This document shows, piece by piece, positions 14,998 to 25,673 of a stretch of DNA of 40,158 bases. Location of the stretch: NCBI GenBank assembly GCA_947630955.1, contig CANRJK010000002.1, positions 1 to 40,158 of the forward strand, in the 5' to 3' direction. Both the position numbers and the translations under genes were made by a program. The notes under the pieces were generated by a model that was not told the DNA's origin, did not search any database, and worked only from the letters and a program-made list of their open reading frames with translations. Source of the DNA: an uncultured Bacilli bacterium. Its GTDB lineage: Bacteria; Bacillota_I; Bacilli_A; RF39; UBA660. Every line of letters begins with the position of its first letter. Within the stretch, counting starts at the first letter, position 1.

Positions 14998-17409
14998 ATG
15001 AAACAAGGAAAAAAGAATGGTATAACAGTTACAAACAACTGGGTAGTACCAAAAAAAATACTTCTTATTTACTTGTTTATTTTGTTTGCTCTTTTAATAC
15101 AGTTTGCTTATATATCATTATCACCTCGTGTCTATGGCGATAATTTAAAACAAATAGCCGCCAATCGAACTACTGTTTCTAAAGATCTTATTGCTAATCG
15201 TGGAACTATTTTTGATAGTGATGGCAATATTTTAGCGACCAATGTTACTTCTTATACTTTGATTGCTTATTTAAAAGCTTCAAGAACAACTGATAAAAAT
15301 GATCCTAAACATGTAGTTGACAAGAAAAAAACAGCTGAAGCTTTATCTAAGGTTTTAGAAGCACCTTATGATTATATATATAAACGGTTAAACGAAGATC
15401 GTTATCAAGTTGAATTTGGATCATATGGTTCTAAGTTAACAGAACTAAATAAAATTGCTATTGAAAACTTAGAATTACCAGGTATTGATTTTATCGAGTC
15501 AACCAAACGTTTTTATCCTAATGGACAGTTTGCTTCTTATATTGTTGGTTATGCTAAAGAATACACAAGAATCAATTTAAAATTAAAAGAAGATTTTAGT
15601 TTTAAAGACTATTATCAGAATTATTATAATAAATATGATAATGTTGTTTTAAAAATTTATGATGAGAAGATAGTTGCTGATAATGGTAATACTGTAAAAG
15701 CTATTAAAGTTGGAACAACTTTTTATCGTCTTACTATTGGAAATTCAGATAAAGTTCTTGCAACGGGTATTTTAAATGTTATTACTAATGATGTATCTTC
15801 ACAAACGGATGTTGTAACTGAAGGAGAATTAGGTGTTGAAAGTAAATTTAATGATATTTTAAAAGGTACTAATGGAAGTATAACTTATCAAAGAGATCCA
15901 TATGGATATAAAATTCCTGATACACCTGAAACTAAAATTGAAGCTGTTAATGGTAAAGATATTTATTTAACTATTGATTCGAGTATTCAACGCTTTTTGG
16001 AGACAGCCGTTAAAAAGGAAGTAGAAGATTGGGATTCAGAATGGATGATTATGGTAGCGATGGATGCTAAAACGGGTGATATCTTAGGTAGTGCTACAAG
16101 TCCTAATTTTGATCCTAATAATTTATCAAGTGATATGAGTTATCAAAATCCTCTTGTTTCATATGGTTATGAACCGGGGTCTGTTATGAAAATTTACACA
16201 TATTTGTGTGCGGCTGATACAGGTAATTTTGATGGTGAGAAAAAATATCGTTCTGGTAATATTAAGATTGGTGATGTTACTGTTAACGATTGGAATAAAT
16301 ATGGTTGGGGAAATATATCTTATAATGTCGGATTTACTTATTCTAGTAATGTCGGTGCTATTCATGTAGCTCGTGATTATTTATCACCTAGTAAATTAAA
16401 AGCTTGCTTGAAGTCATATGGTTTTGGTTCAAAGACAGGTATTGAACTTAGTGGTGAACTAGCTGGTGATGTTGACTTCCGTGAGGAAATTGATTTAGAT
16501 TGGTTATCTGTTAGTTTTGGTCAAGGTCTATCAACTACAGCTATTCAACAGTTACAAGCTTTAAGTATTTTAGCTAATGATGGTCACATTGTAAAACCAC
16601 ATATCATTAAAAAAGTTGTCGATAATGATACTTTAAAAGAAACTAAGACGAAAGTTGAGGTTGGAGAAAAAGTAGCCAGTACAGAAGCTGTCAATACGGT
16701 TAAAAAACTAATGTATAATAATGTTCATACTAAAGGCGCAACAGGTCAATATTACTATATCAAAGGCTATGATATCATCGGTAAAACTGGAACCGCCCAA
16801 ATTTATGAAAATGGTCATTATTTAGATGGTAATGGTAATTACATTGTTTCTTTTGCCGGTATGTTTCCTTATGAAGATCCTGAGATAATTATTTATACAG
16901 CTATTAAAAAACCTAGAACTTATTTATCTTACGTTACAGCTCCTTATGTTACTGAAGTTATAAGTAATATTGCAAAATACCGTAATATGTATTCAAAAAT
17001 TGATCAATCAAGTACTAAAATAAAAAAATATGATTTAAAATCATATGTAAGTTTAACAACAGTAACTTCTAAAAATGAGTTGACGAAAATGGGAATTATT
17101 CCAGTTTTAATTGGTGATGGTGATAAAGTTATTGCGCAATATCCTACTCCAAGGACGACACTTGTAACAGGTGATAAAGTCTTCCTTTTGACTAATGGTA
17201 AAAATGTCAAAATGCCAGATATGAAAGACTGGGCGCGAAGTGATGTCATTAAATTTGCCAATTTAGCTAATGTTGAATATAATATAAGTGGTTATGGTTA
17301 TGTTACAAAGCAAAATCTAAAGAAAGGCAGTATTATTGGTAAAAATACTATAAAAGTTGAACTAAAGGAAAAAAATAATAAAGATACAAAAAAGAAAACA
17401 ACTAAATAG
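14998..17409 (+). CDS. pbpB: Penicillin-binding protein 2B / FtsI-type class B PBP with C-terminal PASTA domains and an internal insertion
   Basis: Start refined to ATG 14998 (MKQGKKNG). Transpeptidase motifs: YEPGSVMK (SxxK), YSSN (SxN), GKTGTA (KTG). Two PASTA-like repeats at the C-terminus. There is an extra ~86 aa between GYAKEY and GELGVES. Confidence 0.9.
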   Translation: MKQGKKNGITVTNNWVVPKKILLIYLFILFALLIQFAYISLSPRVYGDNLKQIAANRTTVSKDLIANRGTIFDSDGNILATNVTSYTLIAYLKASRTTDKNDPKHVVDKKKTAEALSKVLEAPYDYIYKRLNEDRYQVEFGSYGSKLTELNKIAIENLELPGIDFIESTKRFYPNGQFASYIVGYAKEYTRINLKLKEDFSFKDYYQNYYNKYDNVVLKIYDEKIVADNGNTVKAIKVGTTFYRLTIGNSDKVLATGILNVITNDVSSQTDVVTEGELGVESKFNDILKGTNGSITYQRDPYGYKIPDTPETKIEAVNGKDIYLTIDSSIQRFLETAVKKEVEDWDSEWMIMVAMDAKTGDILGSATSPNFDPNNLSSDMSYQNPLVSYGYEPGSVMKIYTYLCAADTGNFDGEKKYRSGNIKIGDVTVNDWNKYGWGNISYNVGFTYSSNVGAIHVARDYLSPSKLKACLKSYGFGSKTGIELSGELAGDVDFREEIDLDWLSVSFGQGLSTTAIQQLQALSILANDGHIVKPHIIKKVVDNDTLKETKTKVEVGEKVASTEAVNTVKKLMYNNVHTKGATGQYYYIKGYDIIGKTGTAQIYENGHYLDGNGNYIVSFAGMFPYEDPEIIIYTAIKKPRTYLSYVTAPYVTEVISNIAKYRNMYSKIDQSSTKIKKYDLKSYVSLTTVTSKNELTKMGIIPVLIGDGDKVIAQYPTPRTTLVTGDKVFLLTNGKNVKMPDMKDWARSDVIKFANLANVEYNISGYGYVTKQNLKKGSIIGKNTIKVELKEKNNKDTKKKTTK

Positions 17410-17419
17410 AGGGTGAAAA

Positions 17420-18235
17420 ATGAATAAGAAGAAAAAAATCTTAAAAAGTATTTTAATCATTATTGTTCTTTTAGCGTTACTATTATTAATTTATTCTGGA
17501 TATCAAATTTTCCTTTGGCACCACAATAATCAAATGATTGAAAATCAACTTAGTGAAATAAAAGAAGTCACACCTATTACCGAGGAAGAGGATAGTGAAA
17601 AAACACAGTTAGTTAATCCAACACCTCCTAAAGAAGATCCTTATTGGGATTATATTAAATTAAAATTAATTAATGTTGATTTTTCTAAATTAGCGAAAAT
17701 AAATTCTGATGTTGTAGGTTGGGTTCAAGTAAATGGAACTAACATTAATTATCCGTTTGTCCAAACAAACAACAATAAATACTATTTAAGCCATCAGTTT
17801 GATAAAAAATATAATCTGGCTGGTTGGGTTTTCATGGATTATCGTAATCAAAAAAATGATTATGATAAAAATACTATTTTATATGCTCATGGTAGGCTAG
17901 ATCAGACGATGTTTGGTTCACTTAGAAAAGTTGTCAAAAAAAATTGGTATCAAAATAAAGACAATTATATTGTTCGAATATCTAATCAAAAGGAAAATAC
18001 TTTGTGGCAAGTTTTTAGTACTTACCAAATAAAAACAACAAATGATTATCTACAAATTTCTTTTTCCAATGATTCTAGTTATTTAAAATTTTTAAATAAA
18101 TTAAAAAAACGTAGTATATATGATTATGGTGTTAATTTAACAGCTGATGATAAAATTATTACTTTATCGACTTGTCATAATGATACTGATAAGATCGTTT
18201 TACATGCTAAATTAATTAAAAGACAATTAAGATAA
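17420..18235 (+). CDS. srtB: Class B sortase
   Basis: N-terminal TM, INYPFVQTNNNKYYLSHQFD, NTILYAHG (catalytic His) and ITLSTCH (catalytic Cys). Confidence 0.8.
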   Translation: MNKKKKILKSILIIIVLLALLLLIYSGYQIFLWHHNNQMIENQLSEIKEVTPITEEEDSEKTQLVNPTPPKEDPYWDYIKLKLINVDFSKLAKINSDVVGWVQVNGTNINYPFVQTNNNKYYLSHQFDKKYNLAGWVFMDYRNQKNDYDKNTILYAHGRLDQTMFGSLRKVVKKNWYQNKDNYIVRISNQKENTLWQVFSTYQIKTTNDYLQISFSNDSSYLKFLNKLKKRSIYDYGVNLTADDKIITLSTCHNDTDKIVLHAKLIKRQLR

Positions 18236-18241
18236 ATTTAA

Positions 18242-18277
18242 AACTTATAATCTCAATCGTTGATTATAAGTTTTTTC
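18242..18277 (+). terminator. Rho-independent terminator after srtB
   Basis: CTTATAATC (18244-18252) pairs with GATTATAAG (18262-18270), T6 at 18271-18276. Confidence 0.75.
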
Positions 18278-18351
18278 TTGGTAAAAAGGTTATCTTTTTA
18301 TGAAAAATTTAATTAAAAAGAAAAAAAGTGCTATAATATTGGCTCAAGGCA

Positions 18352-19134
18352 GTGATGTTAATGGAAAGTTATAATGAACTTTTTATAAATGAATTTCATA
18401 AAAGTCAAGAAATTGATGAAAAGTTTTCCCAACTTAATAATACTATTGGTTTAAAAAAAGCGATGAGTTATCTAGAAGAAATGGGAGCTTTTACTTTAGA
18501 TATTAATGATTATATTAGTAATTATCAAATTAAGTATCGAATTAGTGAGTGGACAAAAGATACGTTATCAGATAATGAAAAATTAGAATTTTTAAATGAA
18601 TTAAAAGCACTAAAAAGATATATTATAGATATAAGTATAAAGATAAACTCTAAACTAAATTTACCAGAACTTATAATAAAAACAATGATGGGTGATATAA
18701 GAGTTATTCAATATTCGAAAATTAACCCTGCTATTAAAGATTTGTTTCCTTTTATCTTAGATAATCGAAGATATGGAAAATGTTACGACTTTGCTTATGA
18801 AATTTCTTCAAATTTAAATATACCAAATAAAATTGTAACAGGATACATATATGGATATAGCGTTAAATCACAATTTCTTCATAGTTGGGTAGAAGTTAAT
18901 ATAAAAGGGGAAGAATATGTAATTGATGGTACATTAAATGCTGTAATAAATAAAAGGGGCTACTATTTACTTGAACATGCTAAACCAATTTCTATCATTA
19001 GTAGTTTAACCTTAAAGAATGATTTAGAAACATATGCGGAAAAGATAAATTTAGTGCCTTTAGATGTTTATTTGGTATTTAGAGATGAAATAGTTAAAGA
19101 TTTAGAAAGAAATAAAATAATGTTTAAAAAATAA
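18352..19134 (+). CDS. Transglutaminase-like (Cys-His-Asp) superfamily protein
   Basis: GKCYDFAYEISSNLNIPNKIVTGYIY...FLHSWVEVNIKGEEYVIDGT fits the transglutaminase-core pattern C...IPxRxVxGY...HxWxEV...xxD. Start uncertain (GTG 18352, ATG 18355 or ATG 18364). Extended -10 TGcTATAAT at 18329-18337. Confidence 0.6.
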   Translation: MMLMESYNELFINEFHKSQEIDEKFSQLNNTIGLKKAMSYLEEMGAFTLDINDYISNYQIKYRISEWTKDTLSDNEKLEFLNELKALKRYIIDISIKINSKLNLPELIIKTMMGDIRVIQYSKINPAIKDLFPFILDNRRYGKCYDFAYEISSNLNIPNKIVTGYIYGYSVKSQFLHSWVEVNIKGEEYVIDGTLNAVINKRGYYLLEHAKPISIISSLTLKNDLETYAEKINLVPLDVYLVFRDEIVKDLERNKIMFKK

Positions 19135-19170
19135 AAATTTTGAAAGGAAATAATTATTTTGATATTTTTT

Positions 19171-19207
19171 ACTACTATGTATGGTTCATAGTAGTTTTTC
19201 TTTTTTT
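19171..19207 (+). terminator. Rho-independent terminator
   Basis: ACTACTATG (19171-19179) pairs with CATAGTAGT (19187-19195), then TTTTCTTTTTTT. Confidence 0.8.
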
Positions 19208-19274
19208 ATATAAAAATGTAATTGTTAAAAGGAAATTTAGAAGTAATCAATAATAATTAGATAGGGGGTGATTT

Positions 19275-19934
19275 ATGAAAAATAAAATTATTATTGTGGT
19301 TCTTATTTTAATCATGGGGATAGTGGCAACTATTTTTGTTAATACAGATCTAAAAAGTGAAGTATTAGCTGAAGAAAAAAGTACACTTGAAATAGAAAAA
19401 CCTCAAAAAGAAGAACCTAGTAAAGTTAAAGTTGATATTAAAGGAGCTGTTAAAAAAGCTGGCGTTTATGAAGTAGATACTGAACAAAGAGTTAATGATG
19501 TTATCAAATTAGCTGGTGGACTTAATCGTGATGCTAATACTAATTATGTCAATTTAAGTGCTAAAGTAACTGATGAAATGGTTATTTGGATTTATACGAA
19601 TAAAGAAATAAAGGAACTGAAACTTGAACAATCATCAGCTAAGTACATGGTAAAACAATGTAATTGTCCAATGGTTGATAACACAGCTTGTCTTAATAAC
19701 AAGGATACTACTAATGGTAATGCTGATAGTAATAATCAATCTGGTATTATTAATATTAATAATGCTACTACTGAACAGTTAATGACATTAGAAGGCGTTG
19801 GTGAATCTAAGGCTAAGAGTATTATTGAATATCGTGAGAAAAATGGTCAATTTAACAAAATAGAAGATATTATGAATGTCGATGGAATAGGGGAAGCACT
19901 TTATAATAAGATTAAAAATCATATTACAGTCTAA
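19275..19934 (+). CDS. comEA: Competence DNA receptor ComEA (helix-hairpin-helix)
   Basis: N-terminal TM, SLBB-like VDIKGAVKKAGVYEV and a C-terminal HhH pair (NINNATTEQLMTLEGVGESKAKSIIEYREKNGQFNKIEDIMNVDGIG). Confidence 0.9.
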   Translation: MKNKIIIVVLILIMGIVATIFVNTDLKSEVLAEEKSTLEIEKPQKEEPSKVKVDIKGAVKKAGVYEVDTEQRVNDVIKLAGGLNRDANTNYVNLSAKVTDEMVIWIYTNKEIKELKLEQSSAKYMVKQCNCPMVDNTACLNNKDTTNGNADSNNQSGIININNATTEQLMTLEGVGESKAKSIIEYREKNGQFNKIEDIMNVDGIGEALYNKIKNHITV

Positions 19935-19938
19935 GTAT

Positions 19939-21981
19939 TTGATTTACTTCTTTTTGTTTGGAGTTGCGGTTTATTGTCTTTTTTGTTTACGAAATAATTT
20001 TTATCAAACTAAATATAGTGAAGATGATACTTATCTAAAAGGGGTTATTCAAAATATTGTATTAGATGATAAACAAATGAAAATTTATTTAGATGAAGTA
20101 TTAATAAATTACTATATTAATGAAAAGACACCAACTATTGATTTGCAAGTTGGTGATGAGATAAAAGTTACAGGTTCTTTTAGTAAACCTAAAGAAGAAG
20201 ATAATTTTAATTTATTTAACTATAGAAATTACTTACTTAGTAAAAAAATTTATTATATTGTTTTAGCTGATAAAATTGAAGTTTTAGACAGAAGTCATAA
20301 TTGGTTTTATATATTAAAACGAAAAATTCTTACGAAAATACGTGGTAGGCAAACAGAAACTTATTTAAGAACTTTTATACTAGGTGATAGTAGTAAAATA
20401 GATAAATCGGTTATGGAAAGTTATCAAAGTAATGGTATAAGTCATTTATTTGCTGTATCCGGAATGCACGTTTCATTAATTACAACCTTACTGATTTTTT
20501 TTCTTGATAAACTTATTAACAGTAAAATATTAAAATATGGATTTATCTTTACTTTTTTAATTATTTATATTTTTCTGACTAATTTTTCACCATCAATTAT
20601 TCGTGCCTCTTGTCTTTTTATCTGCTGCGTTTTGAATAAGAGTCTAAAACTTGGAATAAAAACGGAATATATACTTTTATATATTTTTGGCTGTTCCATG
20701 CTATATAATCCTTTTTATATTTATAATAATGGCTTTTTATTTAGTTACGTTATTTCTTATTTTCTAATCAAATTTGGGCATATTAGTAATAATTATTCTA
20801 ATTATTTTCTAAAACTATTTATTACATCTTTTATTTCTTTTTTAGCTGGCTTACCAATTTTGATTAATAGTTATTTTAACATTAATCTTCTAACACCGAT
20901 TTTTAATTTATTTTTTGTTCCTTTGGTATCATTTGTTATTTTTCCATTATCACTCCTCACTTTTTTCTTTCCATTTCTCGATAAATTGTTTTCAATATGC
21001 ATATCTTTAATGGAAAGTTTATCGTTATTAATGGAACGCGTAACACTTTTTAAAATAAACTTATCACATCTTTCTTATATTGGTATTATTTTATATTATC
21101 TTTTAATTCTTTTTATTATTAACAAAATAAAAAGAAAAGAATATAAATATATTGTAACTTTATTTATAGTTTTGTTTTTTCATCACTATATTAGGTTTTT
21201 TGATATTTATCCAACTTTATCATTTATAAATGTTGGGCAGGGTGATAGTATCTTACTCACTTTACCACATGGCCAAGGGAACTTTCTTATTGATTGTGCT
21301 GATATAAAAAAATATAGCGGTAAAGATGAAGTACGGGGTGAGGTAGCTAATAATATTATTATTCCTTATTTAAATTCTTTAGGAATAAATAAATTAAATT
21401 ATGTAATTGTTACTCATGGAGATTACGATCACATTGGTTCTTTAACAACAATAATAGATAAAATTAAAATAAATCAAGTTATTTTTAACAGTGGTTCTAT
21501 TAATTATAATGAAAAAGAAGCAATAAAAAAATTAAAGACTAAGAAAATAAAATATAATTTTTTTAGTCATAATATGTTTAAAATTGGAAATGATGAAATA
21601 ATGTTTTTAAATGATATCGATAAACAAAACGAAAATGAAGATAGTCTTATCATTTATGCCAAAATAAATGGTAAAACAATTTTATTAATGGGTGATGCTG
21701 GTTTCGAAACTGAGCAATATTTACTTAATGAATATAATATTAAGAATGTGGATATATTAAAGGTAGGACATCATGGTTCAAAATATTCCACTAGTACGCA
21801 GTTTTTAAAACAAGTTAATCCTAAATATGCAGTTATATCTGTAGGTCTTAATAATAAATTTAATCATCCAGATTCTCAAGTATTAAAAAAATTAGCTAAT
21901 CGTAGGTTATACCTAACAAGTATTAATGGTAGTATTAAAATGACTTTAAAACCATCAATACTTGTTCAAACGGTACGCTAA
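19939..21981 (+). CDS. comEC: DNA internalisation competence protein ComEC/Rec2
   Basis: DUF4131-like N-terminus, a polytopic competence domain (GISHLFAVSGMHVSL) and a C-terminal metallo-beta-lactamase (VGQGDSILL, THGDYDHIG, VGHHGS). The TTG start at 19939 has no clear RBS, so the start is uncertain. Confidence 0.85.
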   Translation: MIYFFLFGVAVYCLFCLRNNFYQTKYSEDDTYLKGVIQNIVLDDKQMKIYLDEVLINYYINEKTPTIDLQVGDEIKVTGSFSKPKEEDNFNLFNYRNYLLSKKIYYIVLADKIEVLDRSHNWFYILKRKILTKIRGRQTETYLRTFILGDSSKIDKSVMESYQSNGISHLFAVSGMHVSLITTLLIFFLDKLINSKILKYGFIFTFLIIYIFLTNFSPSIIRASCLFICCVLNKSLKLGIKTEYILLYIFGCSMLYNPFYIYNNGFLFSYVISYFLIKFGHISNNYSNYFLKLFITSFISFLAGLPILINSYFNINLLTPIFNLFFVPLVSFVIFPLSLLTFFFPFLDKLFSICISLMESLSLLMERVTLFKINLSHLSYIGIILYYLLILFIINKIKRKEYKYIVTLFIVLFFHHYIRFFDIYPTLSFINVGQGDSILLTLPHGQGNFLIDCADIKKYSGKDEVRGEVANNIIIPYLNSLGINKLNYVIVTHGDYDHIGSLTTIIDKIKINQVIFNSGSINYNEKEAIKKLKTKKIKYNFFSHNMFKIGNDEIMFLNDIDKQNENEDSLIIYAKINGKTILLMGDAGFETEQYLLNEYNIKNVDILKVGHHGSKYSTSTQFLKQVNPKYAVISVGLNNKFNHPDSQVLKKLANRRLYLTSINGSIKMTLKPSILVQTVR

Positions 21982-21997
21982 TCGCATTAGCGTTTTT
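21975..21997 (+). terminator. Terminator hairpin overlapping the comEC stop
   Basis: ACGCTAAT pairs with ATTAGCGT (3-nt loop), then TTTT. A second hairpin, GAGAAC/GTTCTC plus a T-run, lies at 22007-22029. Confidence 0.6.
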
Positions 21998-22061
21998 ATA
22001 TAGATGGAGAACATAAAGTTCTCTTTTTTATCCGTTTTTTAGTTATAAATTTAAAAAATTA

Positions 22062-22070
22062 TGATATAAT
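22062..22070 (+). promoter_or_regulatory. Extended -10 promoter element upstream of dnaG
   Basis: TGaTATAAT. The -35 is weak. Confidence 0.45.
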
Positions 22071-22193
22071 AACGTCTAAATTTTGATAAATATCGCTAAA
22101 AATTAAAAAAATGCAAAAAAATGTACCATAAAAAAAGGAATACTTTCTTTTTTGTCGTATATTATTATTGGAGTATTAATTAGGAAGTGGTTT

Positions 22194-23933
22194 ATGAAAA
22201 TAGATAGTGAGCTAATTAATGAAATTAGAAATAAAGTTGATATTGTCGAAATAATTTCTAGTTATTTACCACTTACAACTAGAGGAAAAAATTATTTTGG
22301 TGTTTGTCCTTTTCACGATGACCATTCACCTAGTATGAGTGTGTCAAAAGAAAAACAGATATATACATGTTTTTCGTGTGGCGCAACAGGTAATGTCTTT
22401 AACTTTATTCAAGACTATGAACATATAACTTTTGTTGAAGCAGTTAAAAAATGCGCTGATATGTGTGGAATTGATTTAAAAATAAAAACATCTAGTGATG
22501 ATAAGATTATTAAAAAATATAAAACTATTTATGATATATACGAAATAAGTCAAAAATTTTATCAAAATAATATCAATAGTAGTTTAGGTAAAAAAGCTAA
22601 AGAGTATTTATATTCACGTTCTTTAACGGACCTAGAAATTAAACACTTTGATATTGGGCTTTCTTTAAATGAAAATGATATGTTAGTTAAATTATTAAAA
22701 CAAAAAAAATTTACTGATAAAGACCTATTAAAAAGTGGCCTAGCGAACGCTAATGAAAATGATATTTACGATGTATATCGTAATCGAATTATGTTTCCAC
22801 TTCATGATTTAGTTGGACATGTTATCGGTTATAATGGACGAGCCTATGATGATGAGACAACTAACCGATATGTTAATTCTAAAGAAACCGATTTGTTTAA
22901 AAAAAGAGATTTTTTATATAATTATCATCGCGCTAAAGAATCAGCACGTTCTAAAAAACAAATTATTATCATGGAAGGACCCATGGATGTTATTAGAGCC
23001 TATACTATAGGTATTGAAAATGTTGTAGCGACTTTAGGAACATCTTTTAGTGCATCTCAAAGTAATTTAATTAGAAGATTATCTGATAATGTCATTTTAT
23101 GTTTTGATGGTGATGCAGCCGGTTTAAAAGCAACAAAGTTAGCTATTACAGAATTGGGAAAAGTTGGTATTTTGCCTAAAATTGTTTTAATTCCTGATAA
23201 TGCTGATCCTGATGAATATATTAAAAATAATGGATCAGAAGCTTTTCAAAATCTTTTAAACAAAGCTATCGACATTATGGAATTTAAAACTATTCTTTTA
23301 AAAAAAGAAACTAATTTAAATAGTCCAGAGGGAGTAGCTAATTATGTTAAAGCTATGATTTCGGAAATTAATAAAATAGATGATGATATTTTAAAAGAAG
23401 TAACTATTAACCGATTAGTAGATGAAACTAAAGTTAGTAAAGATGTAATTATGAGTAAATTAGATAATAAGAAAAAAGAATTAGTAATTACTCCCAAAAA
23501 GAAACAAACTAAAAAAAACAAGTATGAAAAATCAGTTCAATGTTTAATTTACTATATGCTTTATAATGAAGAAGTAATTAAAATGTATGACCGAAAAATA
23601 ACGCATATTAAAGATGATAACTATCGTCATTTAGCTTTTCAAATAAGTGCTTTTTACAAGAAACATGGTTATATAAAGGTAGCTGATTTACTAAGCGAAG
23701 TTGACGATGTCAATACTACTAAAACAATCGGCTCTATTGTCGCATTAGAACTTAAAGATGATTATACTAAAGAAGAAATAGATGATTATTTAAATAATAT
23801 TAAAGAATTTAATGATTTAGAAAAAATAGATAAATACAAAAGCGAATTAGCGCAGGCTAATGACATTAATGAAAAAATACAACTAGCTAATAAATTAATT
23901 GCGTATAAACTAAGGAGTGAAGAAAATGATTGA
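22194..23933 (+). CDS. dnaG: DNA primase DnaG
   Basis: Start refined to ATG 22194 ([22 protein letters not shown]). Zinc ribbon [14 protein letters not shown]...CFSCG, and a TOPRIM domain ([17 protein letters not shown]). Confidence 0.95.
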   Translation: MKIDSELINEIRNKVDIVEIISSYLPLTTRGKNYFGVCPFHDDHSPSMSVSKEKQIYTCFSCGATGNVFNFIQDYEHITFVEAVKKCADMCGIDLKIKTSSDDKIIKKYKTIYDIYEISQKFYQNNINSSLGKKAKEYLYSRSLTDLEIKHFDIGLSLNENDMLVKLLKQKKFTDKDLLKSGLANANENDIYDVYRNRIMFPLHDLVGHVIGYNGRAYDDETTNRYVNSKETDLFKKRDFLYNYHRAKESARSKKQIIIMEGPMDVIRAYTIGIENVVATLGTSFSASQSNLIRRLSDNVILCFDGDAAGLKATKLAITELGKVGILPKIVLIPDNADPDEYIKNNGSEAFQNLLNKAIDIMEFKTILLKKETNLNSPEGVANYVKAMISEINKIDDDILKEVTINRLVDETKVSKDVIMSKLDNKKKELVITPKKKQTKKNKYEKSVQCLIYYMLYNEEVIKMYDRKITHIKDDNYRHLAFQISAFYKKHGYIKVADLLSEVDDVNTTKTIGSIVALELKDDYTKEEIDDYLNNIKEFNDLEKIDKYKSELAQANDINEKIQLANKLIAYKLRSEEND

Positions 23934-25005
23934 TGAAATAAAAACATTTGAACAACGAAAAGAAGAACTAGTAAAAATAGGTAAAGAAAAAGGCTTTATT
24001 ACATATGAAGAATTAGCTAAAGCTTTAAAAGGACTAGAACTTGATGCTGATTCTTTGGATGACTTATATAATACTTTTAGTCAAAATAATATTGCCATTG
24101 TATCTGAAGAAGATGACCAAGAAAGTGGCGAAGAAAAATTACTTTTAGATGATTCAACATTAACTAAAGACTTAACTATTAATGACCCTGTTAGGATGTA
24201 TCTAAAAGAAATTGGACAGATAAAGTTATTAACTTTAGAAGAAGAATCAGCTTTAGCTGATCGAATTATGGCTGGGGATGTTGAAGCTAAAAATATCTTA
24301 GCTGAAGCTAACTTACGTTTAGTCGTTAGTATCGCTAAAAGATACGTTGGACGTGGAATGTTATTTCTTGATTTAATTCAAGAAGGAAATATTGGTTTAA
24401 TGAAAGCCGTTGATAAGTTTGATGTATCTAAAGGATATAAATTTTCAACATATGCAACATGGTGGATAAGACAAGCTATTACAAGAGCTATTGCTGATCA
24501 GGCTAGAACAATTCGTGTTCCCGTTCATATGGTTGAAACAATTAATAAATTAGCTCGTGTTCAAAGACAATTGACTCTAGAACTAAATCGTGAACCTTCG
24601 GAAGAAGAATTAGCTAAAAAAATGAATACAAGTGTCGAAAAAATCAGAGAAATTTATAAAATTAGTCAAGATCCTGTTAGCCTTGAAACGCCAATTGGTG
24701 AAGAAGATGATTCTCACTTAGGTGATTTTATCAAAGATGAACGTAGTTTAAGCCCTGAGGAATTTGCTACCAATGAAATGTTAAAGGATGAAATAAGTCA
24801 AGTTCTAGAAACTTTAACTGAAAGAGAAGAAAAAGTCGTTCGTTTACGTTTTGGCTTAGAAGATGGTAAGCCACGTACTCTAGAAGAAGTAGGGCAAATG
24901 TTTGGTGTAACAAGAGAAAGAATTCGTCAGATTGAAGCCAAAGCACTTCGTAAATTAAGACATCCTTCTCGTAGCCGTAAATTACGTGATTATATAGGCG
25001 AATAA
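23926..25005 (+). CDS. sigA: Primary RNA polymerase sigma factor SigA/RpoD
   Basis: Start refined to ATG 23926 (AGGAG RBS 8 nt upstream), overlapping the dnaG stop. Region 2 ([40 protein letters not shown]) and region 4 ([30 protein letters not shown]). Confidence 0.95.
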   Translation: MIDEIKTFEQRKEELVKIGKEKGFITYEELAKALKGLELDADSLDDLYNTFSQNNIAIVSEEDDQESGEEKLLLDDSTLTKDLTINDPVRMYLKEIGQIKLLTLEEESALADRIMAGDVEAKNILAEANLRLVVSIAKRYVGRGMLFLDLIQEGNIGLMKAVDKFDVSKGYKFSTYATWWIRQAITRAIADQARTIRVPVHMVETINKLARVQRQLTLELNREPSEEELAKKMNTSVEKIREIYKISQDPVSLETPIGEEDDSHLGDFIKDERSLSPEEFATNEMLKDEISQVLETLTEREEKVVRLRFGLEDGKPRTLEEVGQMFGVTRERIRQIEAKALRKLRHPSRSRKLRDYIGE

Positions 25006-25643
25006 TGAAAATATCTAAAAGACTTGGAACAATCGCTTCGATGATTCCAGATAAAGCTAACGTTGTCGATGTTGGCTGTGATCATGGCTTGTTATCAATT
25101 TATTTAGCTAGTGAAAAAGATTGTCATCTTATCGCAACTGATATCAACCCTAAAGCTTTAGATAATGCTCGTTATAACATTAAAAAATATCATGCTTCTA
25201 ATATTGATACTATTTTAACGGATGGACTTAATAGTATCTCTTTAAAAAAAGAAGATTATATTGTAATTGCTGGTATGGGAACTAAGAGAATTAAGCATAT
25301 TTTGAGTAACCAAAAATTGAGTGATAATCTAGTTATTTCATCTAATAATCAACTTTATCAATTACGAAAATTTATGATGAAACTAGGTTATATGATCACT
25401 GATGAAAAATTTATTACTGATCAAAATAAAAAATATATTATTATCAAATTCCATAAAGCAAAGAAACACTACTTTAAAACTGACTTAGAATATGGACCAA
25501 TTAGTAGGTATGATAAAGATTATTTAATATATGAATTAGCTAAGTTATTTGAAATAAAAAAACAAGTTACCAATAGCAACTTTATTGTGCGTCTTAAAAA
25601 TAAAAGAAAAATAAATAAATTAAAAAGAATGTTAAAAAATTAG
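25005..25643 (+). CDS. trmK: tRNA (adenine22-N1)-methyltransferase TrmK
   Basis: N-terminus [15 protein letters not shown]...VVDVGCDHGLLSIYL, then IAGMG. TAATG overlap with sigA. The sigA-trmK synteny matches Bacillus. Confidence 0.85.
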   Translation: MKISKRLGTIASMIPDKANVVDVGCDHGLLSIYLASEKDCHLIATDINPKALDNARYNIKKYHASNIDTILTDGLNSISLKKEDYIVIAGMGTKRIKHILSNQKLSDNLVISSNNQLYQLRKFMMKLGYMITDEKFITDQNKKYIIIKFHKAKKHYFKTDLEYGPISRYDKDYLIYELAKLFEIKKQVTNSNFIVRLKNKRKINKLKRMLKN

Positions 25644-25673
25644 GGAAATAAAGTATAAATTATTTCCCTTTTT
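25643..25673. terminator. Bidirectional rho-independent terminator between convergent trmK and the yqfQ-like gene
   Basis: GGGAAATAA (25643-25651) pairs with TTATTTCCC (25660-25668), with T-runs on both strands. Confidence 0.8.
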
